Below, piece by piece: positions 23,877 through 36,526 of a DNA stretch of 64,000 nt (its first letter is position 1; every line of letters starts with the position of its first letter). Position numbers and translations under genes: made by a program. Location: assembly GCF_016026235.1 (NCBI RefSeq), contig NZ_CP065613.1; one strand, given 5' to 3'. Source of the stretch: Escherichia coli (lineage in GTDB: Bacteria > Pseudomonadota > Gammaproteobacteria > Enterobacterales > Enterobacteriaceae). Below the pieces are notes generated by a model, which was given only the letters and a program-made list of their open reading frames with translations, ran no database searches and had not been told where the DNA came from.

Positions 23877-24323
23877 TTACATACTGATTGGCAACGCCAT
23901 GATGATGGCGTCTTCGCGACCGTCCGTGGTGGGGTAGTAATTGCGGCGAATCGTCGCCTCGTTAAAGCCTAAACTTTCGTACAGGGCAATGGCGGCAGCA
24001 TTTGAGGCACGGACTTCCAGCCATAGTGTCGCCACGCCGCGTTTTTCCAGTTCGTCGATCAGATGTTCCAGCAGCGCCCTTCCCAATCCCTGACGCTGAT
24101 AGTCAGGATCGACCGCAATATTGAACAATGTAGCTTCATCCAGCACCACTTGCGTAATCGCAAACGCCGCCATTTTGCCGTTTTGCGTTAACTGAAAGTT
24201 GAGATAACGCTCGCCCTGGTTGCTGGCAAAGGTTTTTTCACTCCACGGAAAGGCGTGGGCGCGTTGTTCAATGTGGTAAGCCGCTGGTAAATCAGTCGTT
24301 TCGAGGGAAGAAATCGTGTTCAT
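23877..24323 (-). CDS. rimI: ribosomal protein S18 alanine N-acetyltransferase RimI
   Basis: 148 aa GNAT fold, synteny with holD. Confidence 0.88.
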   Translation of the reverse strand: MNTISSLETTDLPAAYHIEQRAHAFPWSEKTFASNQGERYLNFQLTQNGKMAAFAITQVVLDEATLFNIAVDPDYQRQGLGRALLEHLIDELEKRGVATLWLEVRASNAAAIALYESLGFNEATIRRNYYPTTDGREDAIIMALPISM

Positions 24324-24705
24324 ATGTGCAAATTTGTTGCCATAACGCGGCGCGTGCCGTTGGGTTTGCCCGTAATTCGGTGAGCGCCGGTGATGCCACC
24401 TGAGCGCCTTCCAGTGATAGCGGTTCGTCAGTACCCAACCGCCAGCTGTTGCAGCGACTGCCTTGCGGCAGCATCGCGATTTTTTCTGGCGTCAGTTGCA
24501 GCACTTGATCGGGGCTGACGGTTAATGCGCGCAGAACATCGCTCACTAAAGGATCGGTCAGGGCGGGAAGATCGTTTGCCACCATCACCAGACGGACGTG
24601 TGCCGGGATCGCAATGGCAATCTCCCCCTGCAACGCGCCAGGGCGACGCAGCGACCACTGGGTAATGCCCAGTTGCTGTAACTGCCAGTCTCGTCGGGAT
24701 GTCAT
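24292..24705 (-). CDS. holD: DNA polymerase III psi subunit HolD
   Basis: 137 aa MTSRRDWQLQQLGITQWSLRRPGALQGEIAIAIP, overlaps rimI start. Confidence 0.88.
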   Translation of the reverse strand: MTSRRDWQLQQLGITQWSLRRPGALQGEIAIAIPAHVRLVMVANDLPALTDPLVSDVLRALTVSPDQVLQLTPEKIAMLPQGSRCNSWRLGTDEPLSLEGAQVASPALTELRANPTARAALWQQICTYEHDFFPRND

Positions 24706-24807
24706 AGCGAATCGCTCCTGTTGTCAGGGGCGCAAATATAGCAAATTCGTCGATACCGCGCCAACATATGGCTATAATCGCCGCCAGTATCAATTGAGGA
24801 GCATTCC

Positions 24808-25839
24808 ATGTCTGCATTTACCCCGGCAAGTGAAGTCTTGCTGCGTCACAGTGATGATTTCGAACAAAGCCGTATTCTGTTTGCCGGAGACTTACAGGAT
24901 GACCTGCCCGCGCGTTTAGATACCGCGGCCAGCCGTGCTCATACCCAGCAATTCCACCACTGGCAGGTATTAAGCCGCCAGATGGGGGATAACGCCCGTT
25001 TCAGTCTGGTCGCCACGGCGGATGACGTCGCAGATTGCGATACGCTGATTTACTACTGGCCGAAGAACAAACCGGAAGCCCAGTTCCAGTTGATGAATTT
25101 ACTTTCTCTGCTGCCAGTGGGGACAGATATTTTTGTCGTTGGCGAGAACCGCAGCGGCGTGCGCAGCGCCGAGCAGATGCTGGCAGATTATGCGCCGTTG
25201 AATAAAGTCGACAGCGCTCGTCGCTGTGGCCTCTATTTTGGTCGTCTGGAAAAACAGCCGGTATTTGATGCGGATAAATTCTGGGGCGAATACAGCGTCG
25301 ATGGCCTGACGGTCAAAACGCTGCCTGGCGTGTTTAGCCGCGACGGTCTGGATGTCGGTAGCCAGTTGCTGCTCTCGACGTTAACCCCGCACACGAAAGG
25401 TAAAGTGCTGGATGTCGGCTGTGGCGCGGGTGTGCTTTCAGTTGCCTTTGCGCGCCATTCGCCGAAAATTCGTCTCACCTTGTGCGATGTCTCTGCGCCA
25501 GCGGTAGAAGCCAGCCGCGCAACACTTGCGGCCAACGGTGTTGAAGGTGAAGTCTTTGCCAGCAACGTCTTTTCCGAGGTGAAAGGTCGTTTTGATATGA
25601 TCATCTCCAACCCGCCGTTCCACGATGGGATGCAAACCAGCCTGGATGCGGCGCAAACGCTGATTCGCGGCGCGGTGCGTCATCTTAATAGTGGCGGCGA
25701 GCTGCGAATTGTAGCGAACGCCTTCCTGCCTTATCCGGACGTGCTGGATGAGACATTTGGCTTCCATGAAGTGATTGCGCAAACCGGGCGTTTCAAGGTA
25801 TATCACGCCATTATGACCCGCCAGGCGAAAAAAGGTTAA
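24808..25839 (+). CDS. rsmC: 16S rRNA m2G1207 methyltransferase RsmC
   Basis: 343 aa, SAM-binding motif [12 protein letters not shown] and NPPFH. Confidence 0.9.
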   Translation: MSAFTPASEVLLRHSDDFEQSRILFAGDLQDDLPARLDTAASRAHTQQFHHWQVLSRQMGDNARFSLVATADDVADCDTLIYYWPKNKPEAQFQLMNLLSLLPVGTDIFVVGENRSGVRSAEQMLADYAPLNKVDSARRCGLYFGRLEKQPVFDADKFWGEYSVDGLTVKTLPGVFSRDGLDVGSQLLLSTLTPHTKGKVLDVGCGAGVLSVAFARHSPKIRLTLCDVSAPAVEASRATLAANGVEGEVFASNVFSEVKGRFDMIISNPPFHDGMQTSLDAAQTLIRGAVRHLNSGGELRIVANAFLPYPDVLDETFGFHEVIAQTGRFKVYHAIMTRQAKKG

Positions 25840-25858
25840 GTATCCCGCCGCAAGCCTT

Positions 25859-25982
25859 GCCGGATGCGGCGTAAACGCCTTATCCGACCTACAAAACCTG
25901 CATGTTAGCCCTTCGTAGGCCAGATAAGACGCGCCAGCGTCGCATCTGGCATCTGCCCCCGCATGCCTACCAAACCTGCACG
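25859..25982. repeat. REP/BIME cluster downstream of rsmC
   Basis: three REP-like palindromic units (gccggatgcggcgtaaacgcc..., gtaggccagataagacgcg..., cgcatctggc...). Confidence 0.6.
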
Positions 25983-26106
25983 CTAGTTTCCTGATGGACA
26001 TTTTTCCAGCAATTACACCTCCGGCGATAATTAACTATTGACGAAAAGCTGAAAACCACTAGAATGCGCCTCCGTGGTAGCAATTCTTTTTAAGAATTGA
26101 TGGTAT

Positions 26107-26193
26107 GCGAAGGTGGCGGAATTGGTAGACGCGCTAGCTTCAGGTGTTAGTGTCCTTACGGACGTGGGGGTTCAAGTCCCCCCCCTCGCACCA
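26107..26193 (+). tRNA. leuQ: tRNA-Leu (anticodon CAG), copy 1
   Basis: 87 nt GCGAAGGTGGCGGAATTGGTAGACGCG...CTCGCACCA with long variable arm; gene symbol is by position only. Confidence 0.9.
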
Positions 26194-26227
26194 AACGAGG
26201 CGATATCAAAAAAAGTAAGATGACTGT

Positions 26228-26314
26228 GCGAAGGTGGCGGAATTGGTAGACGCGCTAGCTTCAGGTGTTAGTGTCCTTACGGACGTGGGGGTTCAAGTCC
26301 CCCCCCTCGCACCA
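26228..26314 (+). tRNA. leuP: tRNA-Leu (anticodon CAG), copy 2, identical to copy 1
   Basis: exact 87-nt repeat of copy 1, 34-bp spacer; gene symbol is by position only. Confidence 0.9.
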
Positions 26315-26352
26315 ATTATCTTTACTTCCTTTCTTGTTTCTTCCTTGATTTT

Positions 26353-26589
26353 TCATCCCTGATTCAAATTCATTATCATCAGCATGATGGCAGCAATAAG
26401 CGCTAGGCACGATGGTAGCAAAACGTAATGCCGTAACTGTTTGTGATACAGCATCACCGGCGTCAATACTAATCCCATCAGAATGACAATCCGCCACTGA
26501 TCCGGCGATAAATCCGCATACATCAGCCCTGCAATCAGCAATCCCGGCAGCAACACTCCCCAGCCACTGCCCAGCGTACGTTGCAACAT
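26353..26589 (-). CDS. yjjZ: small membrane protein YjjZ (DUF1435)
   Basis: 78 aa from MLQRTLGSGWGVLLPGLLIAGLMY. Confidence 0.8.
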   Translation of the reverse strand: MLQRTLGSGWGVLLPGLLIAGLMYADLSPDQWRIVILMGLVLTPVMLYHKQLRHYVLLPSCLALIAAIMLMIMNLNQG

Positions 26590-26604
26590 GGTTTCATCTC
26601 TTTC

Positions 26605-26646
26605 ATTGATAATGATAACCAATATCATATGATAATTTTTATCATT
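26605..26646. promoter_or_regulatory. Fur box(es) in the yjjZ / fhuF divergent promoter region
   Basis: tgataatgataaccaatatc matches the Fur consensus GATAATGATAATCATTATC at 17/19, followed by overlapping gataattttta repeats. Confidence 0.55.
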
Positions 26647-26696
26647 TGCAAGCCAGAGAAATCCCTTGCTATCGGGTAAACCTATCGCTAGGATTA

Positions 26697-26711
26697 GCAA
26701 TCATTATCATT
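26697..26711. promoter_or_regulatory. second Fur-box-like site just upstream of fhuF
   Basis: gcaatcattatcatt matches the AATCATTATC half of the Fur box. Confidence 0.45.
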
Positions 26712-26729
26712 TAGATTGCTATCCCGATT

Positions 26730-27518
26730 ATGGCCTATCGTTCCGCACCGCTCTATGAAGATGTTATCTGGCGAACGCATCTCCAGCCGCAGGATCCCAC
26801 GCTTGCGCAAGCCGTGCGGGCGACGATCGCAAAACATCGTGAACATTTGCTGGAGTTTATCCGCCTGGATGAACCTGCCCCACTTAACGCCATGACGCTG
26901 GCGCAATGGTCATCACCGAATGTGCTAAGTTCTCTGCTGGCGGTCTATTCCGATCATATCTATCGCAACCAACCGATGATGATCCGCGAGAACAAACCGC
27001 TGATCTCACTGTGGGCACAATGGTATATCGGCCTGATGGTGCCACCATTAATGCTGGCGCTACTGACGCAGGAAAAGGCATTAGATGTGTCGCCGGAACA
27101 TTTCCATGCTGAGTTTCACGAAACCGGCCGTGCCGCCTGTTTCTGGGTCGATGTGTGTGAAGATAAAAACGCAACACCACATTCGCCGCAGCAGCGAATG
27201 GAAAGGTTAATCAGCCAGGCGCTGGTTCCGGTTGTGCAGGCACTAGAAGCGACCGGAGAGATCAACGGCAAACTTATCTGGAGTAATACCGGTTATTTGA
27301 TCAACTGGTATCTTACTGAGATGAAGCAACTGCTCGGCGAGGCGACGGTTGAATCGCTGCGCCATGCCCTCTTTTTTGAGAAAACGCTCACGAACGGTGA
27401 AGATAATCCACTCTGGCGTACCGTGGTACTGCGCGATGGCCTGCTGGTGCGCCGCACTTGCTGCCAGCGTTATCGCTTACCGGATGTGCAGCAATGTGGC
27501 GATTGTACGCTGAAATGA
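26730..27518 (+). CDS. fhuF: ferric-siderophore reductase FhuF (2Fe-2S, C-terminal Cys cluster)
   Basis: 262 aa, C-terminal CCQRYRLPDVQQCGDC motif. Confidence 0.9.
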   Translation: MAYRSAPLYEDVIWRTHLQPQDPTLAQAVRATIAKHREHLLEFIRLDEPAPLNAMTLAQWSSPNVLSSLLAVYSDHIYRNQPMMIRENKPLISLWAQWYIGLMVPPLMLALLTQEKALDVSPEHFHAEFHETGRAACFWVDVCEDKNATPHSPQQRMERLISQALVPVVQALEATGEINGKLIWSNTGYLINWYLTEMKQLLGEATVESLRHALFFEKTLTNGEDNPLWRTVVLRDGLLVRRTCCQRYRLPDVQQCGDCTLK

Positions 27519-27555
27519 AAGCACTGCCGGGGAAGTAAACCCGGCATCATGCGGA

Positions 27556-28233
27556 TTAATAGGGATGCAACACATTACTTGTTTCGCAATGCCGCATACA
27601 TAACAGAATATCTGCGGCCTCCAACAACCCTGCATCAGAACTGACGCCCAGTTTCGACATCACATTAAATTTATGTGCACGGATCGTTTTGATATTGCGT
27701 TTAAGCTGCTCGGCAATTTGTGTCATTGAGTAGCCACGCGACATAAAGCGCAATATTTCTCTCTCCGTCGGGCTTAACGTCCGGCTTTGGTTAATGTACC
27801 ACTGATTGTTCAGTCGGTCGGTCGCCTGACGTACACCATTTAATGACAAAAAGAGTTCCTGATGAAAAATCTCCAGCGTTGACGCTTTACTTAATACACC
27901 GTCCAGCGGTGATGGCGACAATGAACCAATCAGCCGAGCTTCAATATCATCATCCGCAATAACTAAACGCTGGGTACGCGGAAACTTAATCGCCAGTTCA
28001 GTCAGGCAAGATAATCCCTCTCTGCGCTCACTTCTCATGGCAGAAAAAGAAAAAATGACCGCCGCAAACGAGATCCGCGACATGGCATCCTGAAATGACT
28101 CCTGACTGGTATAGGTATGGAGCTTGTAAGGGTTACCCGCAAACTTTCTGAATAAACTCTCAATACCGATACTGCTCATGACGCATTTTTCTATGAGTGC
28201 GACATTTCTCTTCTTAATTCGGCTGTGTTCCAT
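27556..28233 (-). CDS. bglJ: LuxR-type transcriptional regulator BglJ
   Basis: 225 aa, C-terminal LuxR HTH. Confidence 0.85.
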   Translation of the reverse strand: MEHSRIKKRNVALIEKCVMSSIGIESLFRKFAGNPYKLHTYTSQESFQDAMSRISFAAVIFSFSAMRSERREGLSCLTELAIKFPRTQRLVIADDDIEARLIGSLSPSPLDGVLSKASTLEIFHQELFLSLNGVRQATDRLNNQWYINQSRTLSPTEREILRFMSRGYSMTQIAEQLKRNIKTIRAHKFNVMSKLGVSSDAGLLEAADILLCMRHCETSNVLHPY

Positions 28234-28916
28234 TCTGCGGCATCTCCATAAACAGAAGGCAAGTTAAGTTCTCTTGCACCCTGCGCGCTATTTATCCATG
28301 CATACATTTCAGCGTTGCTGTGAATTGCCAGTCGACGCATCGCACTGTTTTTTTGGGCGCTGATAGTTTTATTACTTTTCTTAAGCAACGAAGCTATCTG
28401 GTTGATGCCCCATCCTTTACCTAATAGCCGCAGTACCTTGCGCTCTGAAAGAGTGAGAATGACGGAGCGATAGCTAAAATCATGAGTTTCAGTCATTGCC
28501 GGAGAGGTCAGCATGGCGCTGATACGCTCTGCGTGCGTATTGCCGGAACGTACGGTCTTGACCAGATTCTCAATGGGTTCAACATCAGACAATAACGTCG
28601 CCGTAGGGCACATGAGCAATTCTACTGCCTGGGAATACCAGGAGCGTGACACCATGAAAACCCAGTGAATTTCCCGATATTGTGAGATTAAAGAATAATA
28701 ATGTTCACAAACAGAACGTGGATCTTCACTTTCACCGGCTAAATCAGCAATGACTAATCCGGAACGACGTAATTGTAATAAGGTAAGGTCCTCCGCAGAG
28801 GCGCTGGATATTATTTCATATTCAGGGAAGTGAGTCCTCATGACCTCTTTTAACCCTGCTTGCATAACAGGTATTTTACTGATAAAAATTCCATTTTTGC
28901 AGCATCCTGGCAACAT
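28191..28916 (-). CDS. yjjQ: LuxR-type transcriptional regulator YjjQ
   Basis: 241 aa, overlaps bglJ start, AT-rich upstream region. Confidence 0.85.
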   Translation of the reverse strand: MLPGCCKNGIFISKIPVMQAGLKEVMRTHFPEYEIISSASAEDLTLLQLRRSGLVIADLAGESEDPRSVCEHYYSLISQYREIHWVFMVSRSWYSQAVELLMCPTATLLSDVEPIENLVKTVRSGNTHAERISAMLTSPAMTETHDFSYRSVILTLSERKVLRLLGKGWGINQIASLLKKSNKTISAQKNSAMRRLAIHSNAEMYAWINSAQGARELNLPSVYGDAAEWNTAELRREMSHS

Positions 28917-29534
28917 ATTTCCTCCACATCCACTGTCTAAAAATCATGATGGTTTATTCAGGATATTCATTCCTTAAATGTTTCCAGCAAATTAATAGAT
29001 TAAGCGAATAAATTATCCTTAGCATTCACTTTCATATCAGCATACTCCTGCTGCACAACAACTCCACTGCGTGTGTCAGAAGGTTAGCATCAAATGATAA
29101 CCTGGTGAAATAGCCTGGAGACATTTAAAATATCTACATTAAGTTGTTAGGAATACTTAATGAAAAACAGAAATCACATTCATTTAATTTATAATTAAAT
29201 GATATCCCTTCCCGCAGAATGAAAAATCACACAACCAATATTTATTCAATGAAATCTGATGGTTTTAACTTGTTAACATTAAAAAACGTGCCCGGTTATC
29301 TATTATCCTGATTCGTAAAGGCCAAACAATAAATTCATTATAGTGATAATATTCATGTGATAGTTTGTTTGCGGCGAGAGATAATTCGCTTTTTATCACC
29401 GAGCTTGTCCCGATAACCAGGATTAATCAGCGCAATTTTGATCTTAACCTACCGCAAAACAACCGTGCTTCATGATACAAATGGATTCTCATTATCTGAA
29501 CAATACGCAGCACGTCTATGACAAAGGGCGAGTT

Positions 29535-30769
<1,235 letters not shown>

Positions 30770-30876
30770 AATTGCCTCGCTTAAAGCACACGGATGAGAG
30801 ACAGCCTCCTCTCCTCCGTGTGTTACTATAAAAGTTATCTCCCTTCTCGTTCATCGTTCCATATTTGAGAAACAGT

Positions 30877-31416
30877 ATGTCTTCCAGAGTTTTGACCCCG
30901 GACGTCGTTGGTATTGACGCCCTGGTACACGATCACCAAACCGTTCTGGCAAAAGCTGAAGGCGGTGTGGTTGCCGTATTTGCTAACAATGCCCCGGCGT
31001 TTTATGCCGTCACGCCTGCACGCCTGGCTGAACTGCTGGCGCTGGAAGAAAAGCTGGCGCGTCCGGGAAGCGATGTCGCTCTGGACGATCAACTCTATCA
31101 GGAACCGCAAGCCGCTCCCGTTGCTGTACCCATGGGGAAATTCGCCATGTATCCGGACTGGCAACCCGATGCCGATTTTATCCGCCTGGCGGCGCTATGG
31201 GGTGTGGCACTAAGAGAGCCGGTGACCACCGAAGAACTGGCCTCATTCATTGCCTACTGGCAGGCGGAAGGTAAAGTCTTTCACCATGTGCAGTGGCAAC
31301 AAAAACTGGCGCGCAGCCTGCAAATCGGTCGTGCCAGCAACGGCGGACTGCCGAAACGAGATGTGAATACGGTCAGCGAACCTGACAGTCAAATTCCACC
31401 AGGATTCAGAGGGTAA
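30877..31416 (+). CDS. dnaT: primosomal protein DnaT
   Basis: 179 aa from [21 protein letters not shown]. Confidence 0.9.
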
Positions 31417-31418
31417 CG

Positions 31419-32156
31419 ATGAAAAACGTTGGCGACCTGATGCAACGCCTGCAAAAAATGATGCCTGCCCATATCAAACCTGCATTCAAAACGGGTGAAG
31501 AACTACTGGCCTGGCAGAAAGAACAAGGAGCGATCCGCTCCGCCGCTCTCGAACGTGAAAATCGGGCGATGAAAATGCAGCGCACCTTTAACCGCTCCGG
31601 TATTCGGCCACTGCATCAGAACTGCTCCTTTGAGAACTATCGCGTTGAGTGTGAAGGGCAGATGAATGCGTTAAGCAAAGCGCGCCAGTACGTCGAAGAG
31701 TTTGACGGCAACATCGCCAGCTTCATCTTTTCTGGTAAGCCAGGAACCGGCAAAAACCATCTGGCGGCGGCAATCTGCAACGAGCTGCTGCTACGCGGTA
31801 AATCCGTATTGATCATCACCGTGGCCGATATTATGTCGGCGATGAAAGATACCTTCAGGAATAGCGGTACCAGTGAAGAACAACTGCTTAACGATCTGAG
31901 CAACGTTGATCTGCTGGTGATCGATGAGATCGGCGTGCAGACCGAATCGAAATACGAAAAAGTGATCATCAACCAGATCGTCGATCGCCGCTCTTCTTCC
32001 AAACGCCCAACCGGGATGCTGACCAACAGTAATATGGAAGAGATGACCAAGTTGCTGGGCGAACGCGTGATGGACCGTATGCGCCTGGGTAACAGTTTGT
32101 GGGTGATCTTCAACTGGGATAGCTACCGTAGCCGGGTAACAGGTAAAGAGTATTAA
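31419..32156 (+). CDS. dnaC: helicase loader DnaC
   Basis: 245 aa, Walker A GKPGTGKNHLAAAI. Confidence 0.92.
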   Translation: MKNVGDLMQRLQKMMPAHIKPAFKTGEELLAWQKEQGAIRSAALERENRAMKMQRTFNRSGIRPLHQNCSFENYRVECEGQMNALSKARQYVEEFDGNIASFIFSGKPGTGKNHLAAAICNELLLRGKSVLIITVADIMSAMKDTFRNSGTSEEQLLNDLSNVDLLVIDEIGVQTESKYEKVIINQIVDRRSSSKRPTGMLTNSNMEEMTKLLGERVMDRMRLGNSLWVIFNWDSYRSRVTGKEY

Positions 32157-32201
32157 TCCCCGTTTCTGGCGGTATACTGCGACACAATTCCACCTTGAGT
32201 A

Positions 32202-32699
32202 ATGATGATGAAAACTGTTAAACATCTTCTGTGCTGTGCCATTGCCGCCAGCGCATTAATTTCCACCGGGGTGCATGCTGCGTCCTGGAAAGATGCGCTC
32301 TCCAGCGCCGCCAGCGAACTTGGTAACCAAAACAGCACGACACAGGAAGGCGGTTGGTCGCTCGCGTCATTAACTAACTTGCTTAGCAGCGGGAACCAGG
32401 CCTTAAGCGCAGATAACATGAACAACGCCGCAGGCATTCTGCAATACTGCGCGAAGCAAAAGCTGGCGTCGGTAACCGATGCCGAAAACATCAAGAACCA
32501 GGTGCTGGAAAAGCTGGGCCTGAACAGTGAAGAGCAAAAAGAAGACACCAACTATCTGGATGGCATTCAGGGTTTGCTGAAAACCAAAGATGGTCAGCAA
32601 CTCAATCTGGATAACATCGGAACGACTCCGCTGGCAGAAAAGGTGAAAACCAAAGCCTGCGATCTGGTGTTAAAGCAGGGGCTGAACTTCATTTCCTGA
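32202..32699 (+). CDS. yjjA: secreted protein YjjA (DUF2501)
   Basis: 165 aa with signal peptide. Confidence 0.8.
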   Translation: MMMKTVKHLLCCAIAASALISTGVHAASWKDALSSAASELGNQNSTTQEGGWSLASLTNLLSSGNQALSADNMNNAAGILQYCAKQKLASVTDAENIKNQVLEKLGLNSEEQKEDTNYLDGIQGLLKTKDGQQLNLDNIGTTPLAEKVKTKACDLVLKQGLNFIS

Positions 32700-32952
32700 A
32701 CCGCGAAACGCCGCGTTTTAGCTGTTACCCGGCTGACGCGGCTCTCTCCTGCCCTTTTCCCTGCTTCTGGACGGTTTTCCCCCTGTTACACGGGAAGCGA
32801 CCGCGATCAAAAAAGTCTGTTTATAAACTAATTCCTAACAACATCGCATTTTTTTGACACTAGAATTGCAGCAATATGGCGACGCCATTACATTGTGCTT
32901 CTCAAAAAGCTTAAACGTTGGCTAAACGGCCCGGTTTAGTGAGGATCGCCCG

Positions 32953-35244
32953 TTGTCAGAACTACTCTCTTTCGCCCTTTTTCTCGCCTCTGTGCTAATT
33001 TACGCATGGAAAGCGGGACGTAACACCTGGTGGTTTGCAGCCACATTAACGGTGCTGGGGCTATTTGTCGTTTTAAATATCACCCTGTTTGCCAGCGACT
33101 ATTTTACTGGCGATGGTATTAACGACGCGGTTCTCTATACCTTAACCAACAGCCTGACCGGTGCTGGCGTCAGCAAATACATCCTGCCGGGTATCGGCAT
33201 TGTGCTGGGGCTGACAGCGGTGTTCGGTGCGCTGGGCTGGATCCTGCGCCGTCGTCGCCATCATCCGCACCATTTTGGTTACAGCCTGCTGGCGCTCTTA
33301 CTGGCGCTGGGTTCGGTGGACGCCAGCCCGGCATTTCGTCAGATAACGGAACTGGTGAAATCCCAGTCACGCGATGGCGACCCGGACTTTGCGGCTTATT
33401 ATAAAGAGCCGTCGAAAACTATCCCTGACCCGAAACTCAACCTGGTTTATATCTACGGCGAAAGTCTCGAGCGGACCTATTTTGATAACGAAGCTTTCCC
33501 GGATCTCACGCCTGAACTGGGCGCGTTGAAAAATGAAGGCCTGGATTTCAGCCACACGCAGCAGCTGCCAGGAACGGATTACACGATTGCGGGCATGGTG
33601 GCTTCTCAGTGCGGCATACCGCTGTTTGCCCCCTTTGAAGGCAACGCCTCCGCCTCTGTCTCCAGCTTCTTCCCGCAGAACATCTGTCTGGGCGATATCC
33701 TGAAAAACTCGGGTTATCAGAACTATTTCGTGCAGGGCGCGAATCTGCGTTTTGCCGGTAAAGATGTGTTCCTGAAGTCGCATGGCTTCGACCACTTATA
33801 CGGCTCAGAAGAGCTGAAAAGCGTGGTGGCCGACCCGCACTATCGCAACGACTGGGGATTCTACGACGATACCGTTCTCGATGAAGCGTGGAAAAAGTTT
33901 GAAGAGCTTTCCCGCTCAGGTCAGCGATTCTCACTGTTTACCCTGACAGTCGATACCCATCACCCGGATGGTTTTATCTCGCGTACCTGTAACCGCAAAA
34001 AATATGATTTTGACGGTAAGCCGAACCAGTCATTCAGCGCGGTAAGTTGCAGCCAGGAGAATATCGCGGCGTTTATCAACAAAATCAAAGCGTCACCGTG
34101 GTTTAAAGATACCGTCATCGTCGTCTCTTCTGACCATTTAGCGATGAACAACACGGCGTGGAAATACCTCAATAAGCAGGATCGCAATAACCTGTTTTTT
34201 GTCATCCGTGGCGACAAGCCGCAGCAAGAGACGCTGGCAGTGAAGCGTAACACGATGGATAACGGCGCGACGGTGCTGGACATTCTCGGTGGCGATAACT
34301 ATCTCGGACTTGGTCGTAGCAGTTTATCCGGGCAGTCGATGTCGGAAATCTTCCTCAATATCAAAGAGAAAACATTGGCGTGGAAGCCGGATATCATCCG
34401 CCTGTGGAAATTCCCTAAAGAGATGAAAGAGTTCACCATCGACCAGCAGAAAAACATGATTGCCTTCTCGGGTAGCCATTTCCGTTTGCCGCTGCTGTTG
34501 CGGGTTTCAGACAAACGCGTGGAACCGCTGCCGGAAAGCGAATACTCAGCACCGCTGCGTTTCCAGCTGGCCGATTTCGCTCCACGCGACAATTTCGTCT
34601 GGGTTGACCGTTGCTATAAGATGGCACAACTCTGGGCTCCGGAACTGGCACTTTCCACCGACTGGTGTGTCTCGCAAGGGCAGCTTGGCGGTCAGCAAAT
34701 TGTCCAGCATGTTGACAAAACAACATGGAAGGGCAAAACGGCATTTAAAGATACGGTCATCGACATGGCGCGTTACAAAGGCAATGTCGATACGCTGAAG
34801 ATTGTTGATAACGATATTCGCTACAAAGCCGACAGTTTCATCTTTAACGTCGCCGGTGCGCCAGAAGAGGTGAAACAGTTTAGCGGAATTTCCCGTCCGG
34901 AGTCGTGGGGCCGCTGGTCCAACGCGCAACTGGGCGATGAAGTAAAAATCGAGTACAAGCATCCGCTGCCGAAGAAATTTGACCTGGTGATTACCGCCAA
35001 AGCATACGGCAATAACGCCAGCCGTCCTATTCCGGTACGCGTAGGCAATGAAGAACAAACCCTTGTGCTGGGCAATGAAGTGACCACCACCACACTGCAT
35101 TTCGATAACCCAACCGATGCCGACACACTGGTAATTGTGCCGCCGGAACCTGTCTCAACCAACGAAGGGAATATCCTCGGACACTCGCCGCGTAAGCTCG
35201 GGATCGGCATGGTGGAAATTAAAGTGGTGGAACGTGAAGGATAA
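32953..35244 (+). CDS. opgB: phosphoglycerol transferase I OpgB (MdoB)
   Basis: 763 aa, TTG start, N-terminal TM segments plus sulfatase-like domain. Confidence 0.9.
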   Translation: MSELLSFALFLASVLIYAWKAGRNTWWFAATLTVLGLFVVLNITLFASDYFTGDGINDAVLYTLTNSLTGAGVSKYILPGIGIVLGLTAVFGALGWILRRRRHHPHHFGYSLLALLLALGSVDASPAFRQITELVKSQSRDGDPDFAAYYKEPSKTIPDPKLNLVYIYGESLERTYFDNEAFPDLTPELGALKNEGLDFSHTQQLPGTDYTIAGMVASQCGIPLFAPFEGNASASVSSFFPQNICLGDILKNSGYQNYFVQGANLRFAGKDVFLKSHGFDHLYGSEELKSVVADPHYRNDWGFYDDTVLDEAWKKFEELSRSGQRFSLFTLTVDTHHPDGFISRTCNRKKYDFDGKPNQSFSAVSCSQENIAAFINKIKASPWFKDTVIVVSSDHLAMNNTAWKYLNKQDRNNLFFVIRGDKPQQETLAVKRNTMDNGATVLDILGGDNYLGLGRSSLSGQSMSEIFLNIKEKTLAWKPDIIRLWKFPKEMKEFTIDQQKNMIAFSGSHFRLPLLLRVSDKRVEPLPESEYSAPLRFQLADFAPRDNFVWVDRCYKMAQLWAPELALSTDWCVSQGQLGGQQIVQHVDKTTWKGKTAFKDTVIDMARYKGNVDTLKIVDNDIRYKADSFIFNVAGAPEEVKQFSGISRPESWGRWSNAQLGDEVKIEYKHPLPKKFDLVITAKAYGNNASRPIPVRVGNEEQTLVLGNEVTTTTLHFDNPTDADTLVIVPPEPVSTNEGNILGHSPRKLGIGMVEIKVVEREG

Positions 35245-35258
35245 TTCCTGACTGATGT

Positions 35259-35305
35259 GTAGGTCGCATAAGGTGCGACCTACACACCTTCTGCGGCCTA
35301 CAAAA
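35259..35305. repeat. REP element
   Basis: gtaggtcgcataaggtgcgacctac ... ctgcggcctac. Confidence 0.55.
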
Positions 35306-35382
35306 CATCATTGAGAAACAGAAAAAAACAGCGCCCAACATTTCCTCGGACGCTGCATGGCAACTTTAATAATCTCGCCTTA

Positions 35383-36388
35383 TCAGAAAGTAATTACACC
35401 CTTAATCAACTCACGATTGTTAATCACATCGCGCTCGTAGGTTTCTGCCAGCGTGGCGAACGGATAGCGATGGGTTAACATCATGTCAGCAGTGATTTTT
35501 CCTTCCGCCATCAGTCGACCGACTTTAGCAAAATCTTCCGGCGTGGCGTTGCGGCTACCCATCATCGTCGTTTCTTTTTTATGGAATTCCGGATCGGAGA
35601 ACTGCAACTCACCTTTAAACAGGCCGACAAATACCACCGTGCCGCCGTGACGAATCAAATTCACGGTGTTATTCATCGCATGTTGATTACCTGTCGCGTC
35701 GATCACTTTCTGCGCCAGCGAACCACCAAACTGCGCCCGTAGCTGCGCGTCAAAATCTTCGGCTGACGGGTCCAGTAAAGGTAATTCCAGACGCGTTGCC
35801 ACATGTTCACGGCGCGCCGGACTGGTATCCGCCACCACCACCTGTGCGCCATCGGCTTTAGCGATTGCCGCCGCGCCCAGACCGATTGGCCCCGCCCCGA
35901 CCACCAGCACCTGCTCGCCGGGAGCAATGGCTGCGCGACGCACCGCATGAGCGCTAATAGCGAAAGGTTCAATCAATGCTGCCGCCTGCGGGCAAAATGT
36001 TCGCCACCGGCACGCTCAAATACTCACTAAAACCGCCATCCTGATGCACGCCAATGACTGAAATTTTTTCACAGCAATTGGTACGCCCGCTTTTACACGC
36101 CGGACATTGCTGACAGGCAACATAAGGGATCACAGCAACTTGCTGACCATTTTTAAGATCAGCAATATTTTTACCCAGCCCAACAATCTCCCCACATATT
36201 TCATGGCCTAAAACCCGTGGATAACTAAAAAATGGTTGATTTCCACCCCAGGCATGAATATCGGTACCGCAAATCCCGACAGACTTAATTTTTATTAATG
36301 CTTCATTGTCACCCGGAATAGGTATCTCGCGTTGTTTCCAGACTAATTCTTTCGGCTGCTGGCAAATTAAAACATTCATCGTAGACAT
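35383..36388 (-). pseudogene. lgoD: L-galactonate oxidoreductase LgoD (YjjN), disrupted by a frameshift near 35969-35976
   Basis: two overlapping ORFs (144 aa N-terminal zinc-ADH part ending ...PAGGSID; 197 aa C-terminal part) which together give the 340-aa enzyme. Confidence 0.8.
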
Positions 36389-36526
36389 GATTCGGCTCTC
36401 CATTTTTTGTTGCCTTAGATATCAATGAAAATGAAAAATGGCAGCGGAACGGAAAATCTGTTTTGTGAAAACACACGCATAAAAATGTTTTAAATCGGGT
36501 TTTAATGGACTCACAAGGAGGAAAAT

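Noticed and set aside
26040-26360. Possible integrase or genomic island next to the tRNA-Leu genes
   Set aside because: tRNA genes are common integration sites, but the flanks are the conserved rsmC and yjjZ/fhuF genes with only REP repeats between; no integrase or direct repeat of the tRNA 3' end was seen.
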